A DNA stretch of 64,000 nucleotides from Oceanispirochaeta sp. Lineage in GTDB: Bacteria > Spirochaetota > Spirochaetia > DSM-2461. A program made the position numbers and the translations under genes. The stretch is from NCBI GenBank assembly GCA_963666275.2, contig CAXXOA010000003.1, positions 192,001-256,000 on the forward strand, given 5' to 3'. A model generated the notes under the pieces. That model was not told the origin of the DNA, searched no databases, and was given only the letters and a program-made list of their open reading frames with translations. Of this stretch, positions 47,393-58,309 are shown piece by piece; the first letter of the stretch is position 1, and each line of letters opens with the position of its first letter.

Positions 47393-48274
47393 TTACAATA
47401 TCTTCCGGATCTCCTGAATCAGTTTCTGCCGGTCACTCTCTCTGACCCGTGGATTAATGGGAATGTCCACATTCCCGAAGGAGCCTTTGGCCAGGCGGAT
47501 GATATTGTCGTTACTCAGGACATTGGCGGGAGGCCAGTTCAGTTTTTTTGCTGTTTCTTCCCGGAGCTCATAGATCTGATCGGCCAGAGCCTTTTTTTCG
47601 GCGGACAAAGTCTTGAAGCTGTTCCTCTTCCTGTAGGCGGGGATGCTCTTTTTGTCGTAGTCCACATCCTGCTGGACAATGGTGCTTATCAGATCGTGAA
47701 TTTTTCCTTGCTCTTCAATCCGCTTATGGAGCAGGTCCCGCAGATGGAACAGGTATTTCACATCTTCCAGAGCGTACTGCATGGCCGCGCTGTTGATGGG
47801 CCTTTTCGTCCAGTTGTACATCTGGAATTTCTTGGAGACCTGAATACCCAGCATGGCATCCAGCAGGGAGTTGAGTCCGCGCTTTTCCAGATTCAGGACT
47901 TCCACGTGGTACTTCAGATCCAGCACGGATTTCAGCTGGATTTTATACTGTCTGTAGATCAGCATCCGGTCGGAAGAGGCGTCAAAAAAGATCTTGACGA
48001 TCTTGCTTTCCAGCAGTTTTTTCAGCTCCCCTGTAGAGATCTTGAAGGGATCTATGATTGTAAATTCTGTTCCATCGAATATCTGGATCAGGCAGAGCTG
48101 CTCTCCGTAGCAGTGGAGGTTGAACTCTCCTTCGATGTCCATGGCCAGTTCGGTAATTTTATTGGTGTGGAGATAGTTACGGAAGGCCGAGAGCTTTTTG
48201 TCCGTGTCTATCAGTTTGTATTGTATTTCTTCAGGCATAGGTTCAGTGTAAGGGAATATCCCTTTTTTCACCAT
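47393..48274 (-). CDS. rnd: Ribonuclease D-like 3'-5' exonuclease with HRDC domain
   Basis: AMDIEG, LCLIQI, NW..RP....MQYALEDV, LREE.AK..N.PP..VLSN. Confidence 0.85.
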   Translation of the reverse strand: MVKKGIFPYTEPMPEEIQYKLIDTDKKLSAFRNYLHTNKITELAMDIEGEFNLHCYGEQLCLIQIFDGTEFTIIDPFKISTGELKKLLESKIVKIFFDASSDRMLIYRQYKIQLKSVLDLKYHVEVLNLEKRGLNSLLDAMLGIQVSKKFQMYNWTKRPINSAAMQYALEDVKYLFHLRDLLHKRIEEQGKIHDLISTIVQQDVDYDKKSIPAYRKRNSFKTLSAEKKALADQIYELREETAKKLNWPPANVLSNDNIIRLAKGSFGNVDIPINPRVRESDRQKLIQEIRKIL

Positions 48275-48313
48275 GTTTAGTCGGAGAATAATTGGGGAAC
48301 CCTTCCCGGGGGG

Positions 48314-48922
48314 CTAATTTTTCCGCAGGCTGGGGATTTTCAGTCCCTGTTCGGACGACTCTATCAGGATCGCCAGCCTTTTTAACCGGGTTTCCTCCCT
48401 TTTCGCGCTCATGATCCACCAGATCGAATCCCTTTTGTAGGACGGCGCCAGCCGGGAGAAAAACTCCCAGGCCGGGGGATTCTCCTTTATTCTGTTTTCA
48501 TACTCTTCAGAGAGGGGGACATTTCTGTGTTCCGCCGTATAGCCCTTCTTGTCGGAGCGGCTGTTGTAAATGTTTATGCCCTCAGGCTGCATCAGTCCCA
48601 GTTTCAGAAGCTTTTCCACTTTTTGTACGTTCACCGCACTCCAGACGCTGTTTTTCTTCCGGGGAGTAAAACGGATTTTATAGCTTTTGTCATCGATGGT
48701 TTTGCGGATCCCGTCGATCCATCCGAAGCAGAGTGCCGCATCCACCGATTCGGACCAGCTGATGCTCTCCCGGCCGGATCCTTTTCTGTAGTATCCCACC
48801 CATAATTCACTGACGGTCCTATGGTTAACTTCCAGCCAGCTGCGGAATTCTTCGGGGCTTGCAAAAAAAACGATCTTTTCCATGGTGATTATCCTCTGGT
48901 TCAGACTTTCAGACTCCTCCAA
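48314..48922 (-). CDS. YdeI/OmpD-associated family protein
   Basis: ALCFGWIDG, RFTPR...S.WS..N, WIMSAKREETR..RL. Confidence 0.9.
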   Translation of the reverse strand: MEESESLNQRIITMEKIVFFASPEEFRSWLEVNHRTVSELWVGYYRKGSGRESISWSESVDAALCFGWIDGIRKTIDDKSYKIRFTPRKKNSVWSAVNVQKVEKLLKLGLMQPEGINIYNSRSDKKGYTAEHRNVPLSEEYENRIKENPPAWEFFSRLAPSYKRDSIWWIMSAKREETRLKRLAILIESSEQGLKIPSLRKN

Positions 48923-48972
48923 GTCTTACGATACTGCCGGGAGAATGTCAAATCTTCAGACCCGACGCTTCT

Positions 48973-49905
48973 TTACAGAATCACAGCGATGCCCAGAGGA
49001 GCAATGTAGGAAAGGCTGAAAAGGATCAGATTTCTGACGGCTGTGACAAAGGTTTCCGATTTGACCTGCCGGGAGAGAAAGAGCCTCATCTGTTTCAGAA
49101 CCAGGGGAATACTCAGCAGGGTCAGGAGGGATATCAGGGGGAGAACCCTGAATACCACTGCCAGGATCAGGAAGAGATAGACTCCGGCGCAGGAGGCGCT
49201 GTAGAGTTTCAGGGACGCTTTCCGGCCCAGGTAAAAGGGCAGCAGGAAGCGGTCATTCCGGATATCCTGTTCCAGGTCGCAGATATTGTTTGCCAGCATC
49301 AGGTTGGCAATGAGAAGGATAAAGGGGAGGGACACCAGCAGAATGGTCAGAGTTCCGGGAATGTCGATCCGGAGGTTCAGGAACCCGCTGCTGAAAGAGA
49401 GTTCCGCCAGGGCAGGGTGATGGATATACACCGAGATATAGGGAATGAAAAAGCCCATCATCAGGCCGGAGAGGATCTCCCCCAGGGGCATCCGGCTTAT
49501 GGGGATGGGGCCCCAGGTGTAGAAAATCCCCACCAAAAAGGAAAAGATTCCCAATATCAGGATAACAGGTCCGGTCCGGCTGACAAGAAGGAGCCCCGCC
49601 AGAGAGGCTATGATCAAAAGGAGAGCGATAATCCCCCTGACCCTTCCCAGGGGGATGGTTGCGGTGGCTATGATGTTATGGCTTTCCCTGTCTTCCATAT
49701 TCACCGCCTTTTTGTAGTCCATGTAGTTGTTTATGGTTGTTGTGGCCATGTCAAAAAGAAGGAGGGAGAGGAACATCAGGGCAAGATTGAAACCATTGAT
49801 ACTGCCGTAGTGGTAGAGCGCAAAGAGGCTGGCAAAAATAAAGGGGAACTGGCTGGCCGTTTTGGTCTGGATTTCCACCAGGTTTAAAAAGGTCTTTATT
49901 TTCAT
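48973..49905 (-). CDS. menA: 1,4-dihydroxy-2-naphthoate polyprenyltransferase (UbiA family)
   Basis: NNYMDY, YT.GP.PISRMPLGE, ANNICDLEQD. Confidence 0.88.
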   Translation of the reverse strand: MKIKTFLNLVEIQTKTASQFPFIFASLFALYHYGSINGFNLALMFLSLLLFDMATTTINNYMDYKKAVNMEDRESHNIIATATIPLGRVRGIIALLLIIASLAGLLLVSRTGPVILILGIFSFLVGIFYTWGPIPISRMPLGEILSGLMMGFFIPYISVYIHHPALAELSFSSGFLNLRIDIPGTLTILLVSLPFILLIANLMLANNICDLEQDIRNDRFLLPFYLGRKASLKLYSASCAGVYLFLILAVVFRVLPLISLLTLLSIPLVLKQMRLFLSRQVKSETFVTAVRNLILFSLSYIAPLGIAVIL

Positions 49906-50012
49906 ACAGGTCTCCTCGGTTCCGGGATGTCTCCAGAATGCCGGATATCAGCGGTACCTCCGGCCCTAAAAACTTTCTTTACAATATAAATATATGACCA
50001 TAAAATTGGGAG

Positions 50013-50972
50013 GTGAATCGATTTTTTAAGTTCTCACCTTTTATATTTGCATTTCTATTCACTATTATCCTTTTCCTGGCTTTCTACACTTTGTTGAAAA
50101 GCCCGTTTTTCGTTAGGGGAAACTCTGAAAGCGGTGAGGAAAAGTCCTATCACTACGCCTTTTTTCTGCCCGCTTCGGATCATGCCTTTTTCAGGCAGCT
50201 GAAGGAGGGGGCCCTGAATGCCACCTCCTCTCTGGACTGTTCCATCTCCTTCCATGAACTGGATACGGACCCGTTGAGCCTGGAAATGGTTCCCTTCTCC
50301 GGCGTTGACGGCATCGGCGTCTATGCCTATCAGAAAGATCGAGAAACTCTTGCGAATCTATCGGCCATATCCGATGCAGGCATACCCATCATTCAAATAG
50401 AAAATGAAATCATACGAAATGAAAAAACCTTCTTTATCGGGACGAACAATTTTGAATCGGGGAAGGCCATCGGCAAAATGGCCCTCCAGTCGGGTAAAGA
50501 GAAAATCAACCTGGCTCTGGTGTACAGTCAGAAAAACCCGGGACTCATGACCGAAGCGAATCTCCTGGAACTGGGACTGAAATCCACTATGGGGTTTCAC
50601 CTGGCCAATGTCCAGAAAGAGCAGACCACCCTGAACCCCCTTGATGCGGAAGGCCTGACTTACAGGCTGATCCGGCAGGACCCGGCCATTGACGTTATTG
50701 TGCTGACAGATCCCAATGATACCCTTGTGACCGTTCAGGCCATAGTGGATATGAATCTGGTGGGAGAGATCCAGGTTATCGGTTTCGGCGATGACAAGAG
50801 GATACAGGAGTATATTAACAAGGGTCTGGTTCTGGGCTCTATTGTGAGAGATCCCTTCCTGATCGGTTTCAGCGCCATCCTGGCCCTGCAGGACATCAAT
50901 ATAAACGGATACACCTCGGCCTATGTGGACACGGGGATCAGCATTATAACGGGGAGGGACTCCAGTGATTAG
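50013..50972 (+). CDS. Periplasmic sugar-binding-fold protein, putative co-sensor
   Basis: FIGTNNFESG, VIGF.D, overlaps the histidine kinase start. Confidence 0.78.
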   Translation: MNRFFKFSPFIFAFLFTIILFLAFYTLLKSPFFVRGNSESGEEKSYHYAFFLPASDHAFFRQLKEGALNATSSLDCSISFHELDTDPLSLEMVPFSGVDGIGVYAYQKDRETLANLSAISDAGIPIIQIENEIIRNEKTFFIGTNNFESGKAIGKMALQSGKEKINLALVYSQKNPGLMTEANLLELGLKSTMGFHLANVQKEQTTLNPLDAEGLTYRLIRQDPAIDVIVLTDPNDTLVTVQAIVDMNLVGEIQVIGFGDDKRIQEYINKGLVLGSIVRDPFLIGFSAILALQDININGYTSAYVDTGISIITGRDSSD

Positions 50973-52461
50973 ACTCCGGATGAGCAACTCCCTCAGAGCA
51001 AAGCTGCTTTACTATTTTATTTTCTCCATGGCTTTCACCCTGGTCTCTTTCAGTATCATCCTCACCCTGTCCCTTACTCTGCAGGATATCGCCGATAAAC
51101 GCTTCGAAGATGAGCAGTCCCTTCACACCCTGCAGGTGCAGCTGGATGAAATACAGGAACCCATAGAGAGTTATCTCAGTTTCTATTCTTCCTCTTCCCT
51201 GGCGCAGCTGCTTTATGCCTCGGAATCCATAAAAGAGACTCTCCCCGACAATCGGGTCATAAGGGATGATGAATCGGAATTGATGAAAAGGGATATCTAT
51301 TTCCTTATAGATTCCTATCTGCTTCAGGTGGATCAGCTCATTGAAATGAAACGGGGCCGGAATGTGCCGGGATATACCCGGGGCTTTGAGGATCTGTCCA
51401 TCCTCTACAATTACATCACCGACAGAATCAACGAAGTGAGTCTCAGAGGATTCAGAAGGCAACTGGGGGAATACCGCAGTTTCCTTGAGCTCTTCAGAGC
51501 CATGCAGATGTACAGCCTTATCCTGATCGTCCTGATTATGACCTTCTCCTTCACCCTGCTTATGAAAAATGTGAACACTATCTCTTCTCCCATTTATCAG
51601 CTCTCTCTTCTGGCCGGGAAAATTTCAGCCGGGGATTTCGATATGGAGGATGTCCGCTTCGATTCGGTAGATGAAATCAATCATGTTGCCTCGGCCTTCA
51701 ATGAAATGAAAAACAGCATCAGCCACTATGTGAATGAATTAAAAAAGCAGAAGGACATCGAACAGCAGATCATGACCGAGAGAGTGAGGAATCTCAAAAT
51801 GGAGCAGCTTCTCAAGAGGATGGAACTCTACACCATGCAGGCTCAGATGAATCCTCATTTTCTGTTCAACACCATAAACACGGGAGTGCAGCTTGCCATT
51901 GTGGAAGAAGCGGAGAAAACGGCGGATTTTATGGAGAACCTGGCCGCCCTGTTTAGATACAACATCCGGGAAAAGAAGTTTTTCGTTCAGTTGCGCCATG
52001 AGTACGAGGGGCTGAAGTCCTATTTCAATATATTGAAAATCCGTTTCCCCAAAACCCTCCGCCTGGAACTGGATATCAGCGAGGAGCTTCTGGATGATTT
52101 CAGCTGTCCCGCCATGGTGCTGCAGCCTCTGGTGGAAAACTCGGTACTCCATGCCTTCAAAGATAAGGAGGGCATCGGGACCGTTGCCGTTTCCATTGCG
52201 TACAACAATCCGATTCTGCGTATCTCCGTCAAAGACGACGGTGTCGGAATTCCCGAGACAACCGTACAGGCCCTTCTGGTTCCCCATATTCACGACTACC
52301 AGCTCAGCTCCAAGGTTATGGGGCTGGAGAATGTGATCCAGCGCTGCTATTTCTTCTATCCCGACGTTGAGGATGTTGTCGAAATCCACAGCGAAATCGG
52401 CCGGGGAACGGAGATAGTGATCAATATCAATACGGAGGTGGAACCATGTATCGAGTTGTGA
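50965..52461 (+). CDS. YesM/LytS-type sensor histidine kinase
   Basis: HAMP, QAQMNPHFLFNT, LQPLVENS..H, DDGVG. Confidence 0.93.
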   Translation: MIRLRMSNSLRAKLLYYFIFSMAFTLVSFSIILTLSLTLQDIADKRFEDEQSLHTLQVQLDEIQEPIESYLSFYSSSSLAQLLYASESIKETLPDNRVIRDDESELMKRDIYFLIDSYLLQVDQLIEMKRGRNVPGYTRGFEDLSILYNYITDRINEVSLRGFRRQLGEYRSFLELFRAMQMYSLILIVLIMTFSFTLLMKNVNTISSPIYQLSLLAGKISAGDFDMEDVRFDSVDEINHVASAFNEMKNSISHYVNELKKQKDIEQQIMTERVRNLKMEQLLKRMELYTMQAQMNPHFLFNTINTGVQLAIVEEAEKTADFMENLAALFRYNIREKKFFVQLRHEYEGLKSYFNILKIRFPKTLRLELDISEELLDDFSCPAMVLQPLVENSVLHAFKDKEGIGTVAVSIAYNNPILRISVKDDGVGIPETTVQALLVPHIHDYQLSSKVMGLENVIQRCYFFYPDVEDVVEIHSEIGRGTEIVININTEVEPCIEL

Positions 52462-53939
52462 TTGTTGACGATGAAGAACCGGTGCTGGACAGCTTCGGGT
52501 TTCTATTCAGGAAATATATCAAGGATTTTACCCTTTGCGGCAAAGCCAGAAGCGGCACCGAGGCTGTTAAGGAAATAAAAGACAAGAATCCGGACGTGGT
52601 GTTCATGGATATCCAGATGCCTGGCATGGACGGCATCGAAGCGATCCGTCAGCTCCGCCCCCTTTTTCCCCAGGTCATCTTTATTCTGGCCACCGCCTAT
52701 GAGCGCTTTGATATCGCCCAGAAAGCGATTCCCTTGGGCGTATTCAGTTACCTTGTCAAACCTGTGTCCAGGGCGAAAATCCTGGAAGAGCTGGATAAAG
52801 TCAAGCAGGAACTCGATACGAGAAAAAGGGAACAGCATACCCGCCTTGAAGACGAACAGTTCCTTGAAAAAACAAGAGATGAAAGCCTGAAACAGTTCCT
52901 GACCGGTCTGATCTGGAAGAATCCCGATGAAGAGGCCTGGAATGATTTCTGCCATCTTTTCGGCATAAACAGCGAGGGCGCCTCCGTCTGCCTCCTCGGG
53001 GGACTTAATTCGGTTTCCGAAGGCATACGCAGGGATCTCTATAAGGCTCTGATTCAGAAAATACAGTACAAATTCCATGTCCTTTATACCGAACTGGGGG
53101 ATAAAATGATCCTCTTTTTTCCCGATGAAGGCGTCGGGAAGGATCAGGATAAACAGCTGCGGCAAATCGTCAATGAACACAGTGCCGGCGATCTGACTCT
53201 GGGGATCGGAGGATTCTGCCGTTACTCTGAACTTTCACGCTCTGTCACTGAAGCGTTCCTTCCCTTCGGGGATGCGGAAAACAGCCGGAGCGACCACAAC
53301 AGAGACCCGCAGAACATGTCCTCTCTTTGCAGGGAGATCCTCAGGTGCGAAAGGAGCAAAGGGGAAGAGCTGTTTGAGAATTTCTGGGTTGAGGTATTCA
53401 AAAAAGACGAGTTTAACGTGGCTAAAGGGAAGATGGTCGCACTGTTTACCCTTCTTCTGCATGATATTGAGAATAATATCCTGATCAGAAGTCAGTTGAA
53501 CCTTGATCCTTCTGAACAGATTATGCCCCTGAAAACAATGGACGAATGGAGGCCTTGGGCGGCATCGGCCAAAACCAGCCTCTTTGATCTTCTGGATCTT
53601 CAGAAAAGCCAGGCCTATCCTCAGCCTTTGAAAAAGGCGCTGGCCTATATTGCCCAAAACTATGATCAGCAGATTCATCTCACCTCCGTTGCCGGAGAGT
53701 GTTCTGTCTCCAGCAGCTATCTGAGCCGTCTGTTTTCAGAGCATCTGGACACCACTTTCATCGATTATGTAAACAGATACAGAGTGAATCAGGCGATCTT
53801 TCTGCTGCGGGATAAGGATATTTCCATAAAAGAAGCCTCATTCAGGGTGGGATACCAGAATCCGAATTATTTCAGCAGGATATTCCGCAAAATAATGGGG
53901 ATTTCTCCGTCTGATATAGGTAAAAGGAGCTCTCAATAA
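52446..53939 (+). CDS. YesN-type response regulator (REC + AraC)
   Basis: VDDE, MDIQMPGMDG, YLSRLF, VGY.NPNYFSRIF. Confidence 0.93.
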   Translation: MYRVVIVDDEEPVLDSFGFLFRKYIKDFTLCGKARSGTEAVKEIKDKNPDVVFMDIQMPGMDGIEAIRQLRPLFPQVIFILATAYERFDIAQKAIPLGVFSYLVKPVSRAKILEELDKVKQELDTRKREQHTRLEDEQFLEKTRDESLKQFLTGLIWKNPDEEAWNDFCHLFGINSEGASVCLLGGLNSVSEGIRRDLYKALIQKIQYKFHVLYTELGDKMILFFPDEGVGKDQDKQLRQIVNEHSAGDLTLGIGGFCRYSELSRSVTEAFLPFGDAENSRSDHNRDPQNMSSLCREILRCERSKGEELFENFWVEVFKKDEFNVAKGKMVALFTLLLHDIENNILIRSQLNLDPSEQIMPLKTMDEWRPWAASAKTSLFDLLDLQKSQAYPQPLKKALAYIAQNYDQQIHLTSVAGECSVSSSYLSRLFSEHLDTTFIDYVNRYRVNQAIFLLRDKDISIKEASFRVGYQNPNYFSRIFRKIMGISPSDIGKRSSQ

Positions 53940-54970
53940 TGCTGCACAGAACCACTGTTATTTTCCTCACTGTTGTCCTGCTACTCTCCTGTACTCCCGG
54001 GGAAAAAGAGGAAAAAGAAAAGATTCTCATCGGTTTTTCCGCCGCTTCGGAGACATTCCTTCTTGAGAGATGGGACCGGGATACCAAGATTTTCATGCAT
54101 ACCGCCCGGGAGCTGGGAGCGGAGGTCATATTTGCCAAATCACCGGGAAACGCCCTGGATCAGATCCCGCAGATCCAGTATCTGCTGAAACAGGATATCG
54201 ATGTGCTGGTGGTCATTCCCCAGGACAAGGCTCTTCTCGGGGGGGTGATTCAGAAAACCCTGGACAGGGGCATTCCCGTACTCTCCTACGACCGGCCGAT
54301 CATGGATGTTCCCATTACGGGGTACATCTCCTTTGACAATCAGGAAGTGGGCCGGCTGCTTTCATCGGCCCTCCTTTCCCGGGTTCCCAAAGGCAACTAT
54401 GTCATCGTCAACGGTTCGGTACATGACAACAACAGCTATCAGGTCAGCAGCGGCGTTCATGAGGTCCTGGATCCTTTTATTGAGAAAGGGGATATCAACC
54501 TGGTGGAGGAGATCTGGCTGGAGTACTGGAGCTATGACGAAGCCCTGGAGGAGATCGGGAAGGTTCTGGAGAGGAACGAAGATATTCAGGCCATTTCGGC
54601 GGCTAACGACCTCATCGCCCAGGCGGCTATCAGGCTCCTCTCGGAGAGGCAGCTGGCGGGAAAAGTTGCCGTGGTCGGACAGGATGCGGATTTAGTGTCC
54701 TGTCAGAGCATTGTTGAAGGCACCCAGTTAATGACTGTGTATAAACCGATTCAGACGCTGGCGGCCAGAGCGGCGGGACTCGCTGTCGCCATGACTCAGA
54801 ATGAAATGCCCGAACCCGATCTGTATATAGAAAACAACAGCGGTAAAAAGATTCCTTTCTATGTGGAAACGCCGATTCCTGTTTACAGGGACAACCTGGA
54901 TTCCACTGTCATTCACGACGGTTTCCATTCCCGGGAAGATGTCTATCGGAACGCAATAGGACAAAACTAA
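53939..54970 (+). CDS. Sugar ABC substrate-binding lipoprotein, XylF-like
   Basis: Lipobox LLSC, ERWDRD, SYDR, SFDN..VG, DNN, GQDAD, MTVYKP. Confidence 0.88.
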   Translation: MLHRTTVIFLTVVLLLSCTPGEKEEKEKILIGFSAASETFLLERWDRDTKIFMHTARELGAEVIFAKSPGNALDQIPQIQYLLKQDIDVLVVIPQDKALLGGVIQKTLDRGIPVLSYDRPIMDVPITGYISFDNQEVGRLLSSALLSRVPKGNYVIVNGSVHDNNSYQVSSGVHEVLDPFIEKGDINLVEEIWLEYWSYDEALEEIGKVLERNEDIQAISAANDLIAQAAIRLLSERQLAGKVAVVGQDADLVSCQSIVEGTQLMTVYKPIQTLAARAAGLAVAMTQNEMPEPDLYIENNSGKKIPFYVETPIPVYRDNLDSTVIHDGFHSREDVYRNAIGQN

Positions 54971-55245
54971 CCTCAAATCTGTACTATCTTTTTTTGTAAT
55001 AATAAACCTCATGTCAAAATAGCCCTGTTCTTAGCATAACTCTCCTGTATCTGAATCGGAAAAACCATAATACTATTTTTTTAACTAACCAGTTTAAATC
55101 GAGTTATCCGTCACAGGATTATTGAGTACTTTGTATCTTTTTGAGTGCTTACAGGGAAATAAGATAGCTGAAAACCGTGATTTTGCAGCAGTTTCCCGGG
55201 ACGGCTCTGAATCGTGAATTTTTGAATAATTATAGGGGTGTTTTT

Positions 55246-56766
55246 TTGACTGATAATACTATATTGCGCATGAAGTCTATAACGAAGACATTCCCCGGGG
55301 TCAAAGCCCTGGATGAAGTCGACATCGTTGTAGAAAAAGGAGAAATCCACTTTATAGTCGGAGAAAACGGCGCCGGAAAATCTACGCTTATGAAAGTTTT
55401 AAGCGGGATTTATCCTCACGGGTCTTACGACGGCGATATCATTTTTGATGGAAAAATCAAACATTTTCACGGAATAAAAGATTCTGTGAATGACGGTATT
55501 GTTATCATCAATCAGGAACTGGAGCTGTTTCCCAATTTAACGGTCTATGAGAATGTCTTTGTGGGACATGAGATCTGCAGGAACATGTCTGTGATGGACT
55601 GGGACAAGACCAAAGAGGAAGCGAAGAAGTTTCTGGATATGGTTGGTCTTGAAGTCGATATCTACAGCCTTGTGGGAACCCTTGGAGTGGGCAAGCAGCA
55701 GTTAGTCGAAATTGCAAAAGCATTAAGCCAGAATGTAAAACTGCTGATTCTCGATGAGCCCACGGCGGCTCTGAATGAGGATGATAGTGAAAACCTGTTG
55801 AAACTGCTTCTGGATCTGAAGAAGCACGGCATCACTTCCATCATGATTTCTCATAAGTTGAAAGAAGTGGAGGCTATTGCCGATGCCATCACTGTCCTGC
55901 GGGACGGTAAGACCGTTGCCAGAATGACAAAAGATGAAATCAATGAACGGGAAATCATCAAAAACATGGTGGGCCGGGAAATTGAGGATATCTTCCCCAA
56001 AAGACCTAAATATACCGGAGGAGAGGTAGTTCTTGAAACGGCAAGGCTCAACTCTTTTGATCACTCCCTGAACCGGTACATTGTAAAAGATTCCAATATC
56101 AAAATCCGAAAAGGCGAAGTGGTCGGGATTGCCGGACTGATGGGGGCGGGCAGAACAGAGCTGGCCCATAGCATCTTCGGAAATCCGAAGAACTATAAAA
56201 TCACAGGATCCACCATTGTTTTCGGTAAACCCGAAAAGCTGACCTCTCCCAAGAAAGCCATTGAAAAGGGCATTGCCTATGTCTCTGAAGACAGGAAGAA
56301 CAACGGTTTGATTCTGGAGGAGAATATCAGCCAGAACATAACCATTTCCTCTCTGAAAAAGATATCCAGGATGGGTGTTATCAATTTTACAGATCAGAAT
56401 CTGCAGGCGGAAAAATATGTCAGAGATCTGAATATCAAGACCCCATCCATTATGCAGAAACTGAAGAATCTGAGCGGGGGAAACCAGCAGAAGGTGCAGG
56501 TCGGCAAATGGCTGTTTGCCGATCCGAAAATCCTGATCCTGGATGAACCGACCCGCGGGATCGATGTGGGGGCAAAATACGAGATATACACAATTATCAA
56601 TGATCTGGTAGCCAAGGGCATGAGCATCCTGTTCATCTCTTCAGAATTACCCGAGATCCTGGGCATGTGTGACAGGGTCTATGTCATCGCTGAAGGGGTT
56701 CAGACAGCAGAATTCGATATCGAAGATGCGACGCCGGAAAAAATAATGGAACACGCAACAGTTTAA
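55246..56766 (+). CDS. Sugar ABC transporter ATP-binding protein (XylG/GguA-like)
   Basis: GENGAGKSTLMK, two DEPT motifs, LSGGNQQK. TTG start at 55246 after AGGGGTG. Confidence 0.93.
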   Translation: MTDNTILRMKSITKTFPGVKALDEVDIVVEKGEIHFIVGENGAGKSTLMKVLSGIYPHGSYDGDIIFDGKIKHFHGIKDSVNDGIVIINQELELFPNLTVYENVFVGHEICRNMSVMDWDKTKEEAKKFLDMVGLEVDIYSLVGTLGVGKQQLVEIAKALSQNVKLLILDEPTAALNEDDSENLLKLLLDLKKHGITSIMISHKLKEVEAIADAITVLRDGKTVARMTKDEINEREIIKNMVGREIEDIFPKRPKYTGGEVVLETARLNSFDHSLNRYIVKDSNIKIRKGEVVGIAGLMGAGRTELAHSIFGNPKNYKITGSTIVFGKPEKLTSPKKAIEKGIAYVSEDRKNNGLILEENISQNITISSLKKISRMGVINFTDQNLQAEKYVRDLNIKTPSIMQKLKNLSGGNQQKVQVGKWLFADPKILILDEPTRGIDVGAKYEIYTIINDLVAKGMSILFISSELPEILGMCDRVYVIAEGVQTAEFDIEDATPEKIMEHATV

Positions 56767-56817
56767 GACGGACACAGGCAAAGCCTGCTGGCGTCTTATA
56801 CAACCTAAGGAGAAGTA

Positions 56818-58254
56818 ATGGAACAGAATCGTAATGTATTCCAGGGAATTGTGTGGGGAATATACAAATATTTCCTGACTTTGATCTCAATGATTAAAAC
56901 CAATATCAGAGATTATGGGATGTATATTGCCCTTATTGTTATTTTTATCATTTTTCAGTTTATGACCGATGGGGTCTTCTTAAGGGCGTATAATTTTACA
57001 AACTTACTGAATCAGTCCGCCTATCTGGCCGTTTTAGCCGTGGGAATGACCCTGATCATTGTGACCCAGCAGATTGACCTGTCTGTCGGTTACCTGGGAG
57101 CCTTTCTGGGAGCCTACATTGTGGTGGCAGTCGAAACCGGAGGACAGAGTGTCTTCGTTGCTTTAGTTGCTGCTTTTGTCATCACGGTTCTTGTGGGTAT
57201 CATCAAGGGTTTCTTTGTTGCCAATGTGAAAGTCCCTTCTTTTGTAGTCACCCTGGCGGGGATGTTTATTTTCAGAGGGTTTCTGTATTTCCGTGTTAAT
57301 AACAGAACTATTTCGACAACCAATGATTTCTTCCTTAAAATCGGTACGGGTTATCTGCCCAAGATTGAAATCTCCGGATACGACATCATTTCGCTGGGAG
57401 CGGGTATCGCCCTCATCCTTATCGTGGTCATATCAGGCATGCTGCTGCGGAAGAAACAGTCCAGACTGGGTATACCCAATGAGAAACTCGAATTATTCAT
57501 CACGAAGATTGCGGTGATTTCCCTTATCATCGGCTATCTGACCTACACATTCGCCGCCAACAAGGGCATCTCCTACCTGTTATTGATCACAGCTGTGGTT
57601 GTGGCTTTCTATCATTTCATGACAACCCAGACGACCCTGGGCAGAAGGATCTACGCCGTGGGAGGAAACCCTGAGGCTGCAAAACTCTCGGGAATCAATG
57701 TGGAGAAGACCCTGATCATTGTTTTTGTCTCCATGGGAATTACCACAATGATTGCCGGTCTGATGTATGTTGCCAGACTCCAGAATGCGTCGCCCAAACA
57801 CGGGCCTTTCTGGGAACTCTACACCATCGCCGCTGTCTTTATCGGCGGTACCAGCGCCCGGGGGGGGATCGGTAAGGTTGTGAACTCCGTAGTCGGTGCG
57901 GTGGTTATCATGTCGCTGAAAAACGGTATGTCCCTGGCCGGGATCGAAGCCAATATCGAACCCATCATACTGGGATCCGTATTGCTGATGGCTGTGGTAT
58001 TCGATATCTACACAAGGAATGTCATGCCTGTGGATCTTGTGGGTATGCACTATGCCAAGAAAGCCTATAAAGAAGAACTCTCTCAGGCCCGGGCTAATTT
58101 CAACAGGGCGAAAAAGCAGCTGAAGGATGCCCAGAAAGAAAATAAAGACGATCTTATTGAATACGAGTATGAGTTTACAAACGCACAGGGTGCCTACAAT
58201 AAGATCAGAGACAGAATCAGAGTCAGCATGGAAGCTGATTTTATTAAAGAGTAA
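56818..58254 (+). CDS. Sugar ABC transporter permease (XylH/GguB-like)
   Basis: IDLSVG, VPSFVVTLAGM, GR.IYAVGGN.EAA.LSG, IAA..IGG.S. Confidence 0.92.
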   Translation: MEQNRNVFQGIVWGIYKYFLTLISMIKTNIRDYGMYIALIVIFIIFQFMTDGVFLRAYNFTNLLNQSAYLAVLAVGMTLIIVTQQIDLSVGYLGAFLGAYIVVAVETGGQSVFVALVAAFVITVLVGIIKGFFVANVKVPSFVVTLAGMFIFRGFLYFRVNNRTISTTNDFFLKIGTGYLPKIEISGYDIISLGAGIALILIVVISGMLLRKKQSRLGIPNEKLELFITKIAVISLIIGYLTYTFAANKGISYLLLITAVVVAFYHFMTTQTTLGRRIYAVGGNPEAAKLSGINVEKTLIIVFVSMGITTMIAGLMYVARLQNASPKHGPFWELYTIAAVFIGGTSARGGIGKVVNSVVGAVVIMSLKNGMSLAGIEANIEPIILGSVLLMAVVFDIYTRNVMPVDLVGMHYAKKAYKEELSQARANFNRAKKQLKDAQKENKDDLIEYEYEFTNAQGAYNKIRDRIRVSMEADFIKE

Positions 58255-58309
58255 ATCTTTGCGGACCTAAGAATCTGCAATTTTTTAATATTTCAATTGG
58301 AGGAACGAA

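Noticed and set aside
47327..48280. 317 aa plus-strand ORF, and similar long antisense ORFs at 28279-29145, 33136-33825 and 60793-61680
   Set aside because: They are shadows of well-supported genes on the opposite strand, with no recognisable motifs.
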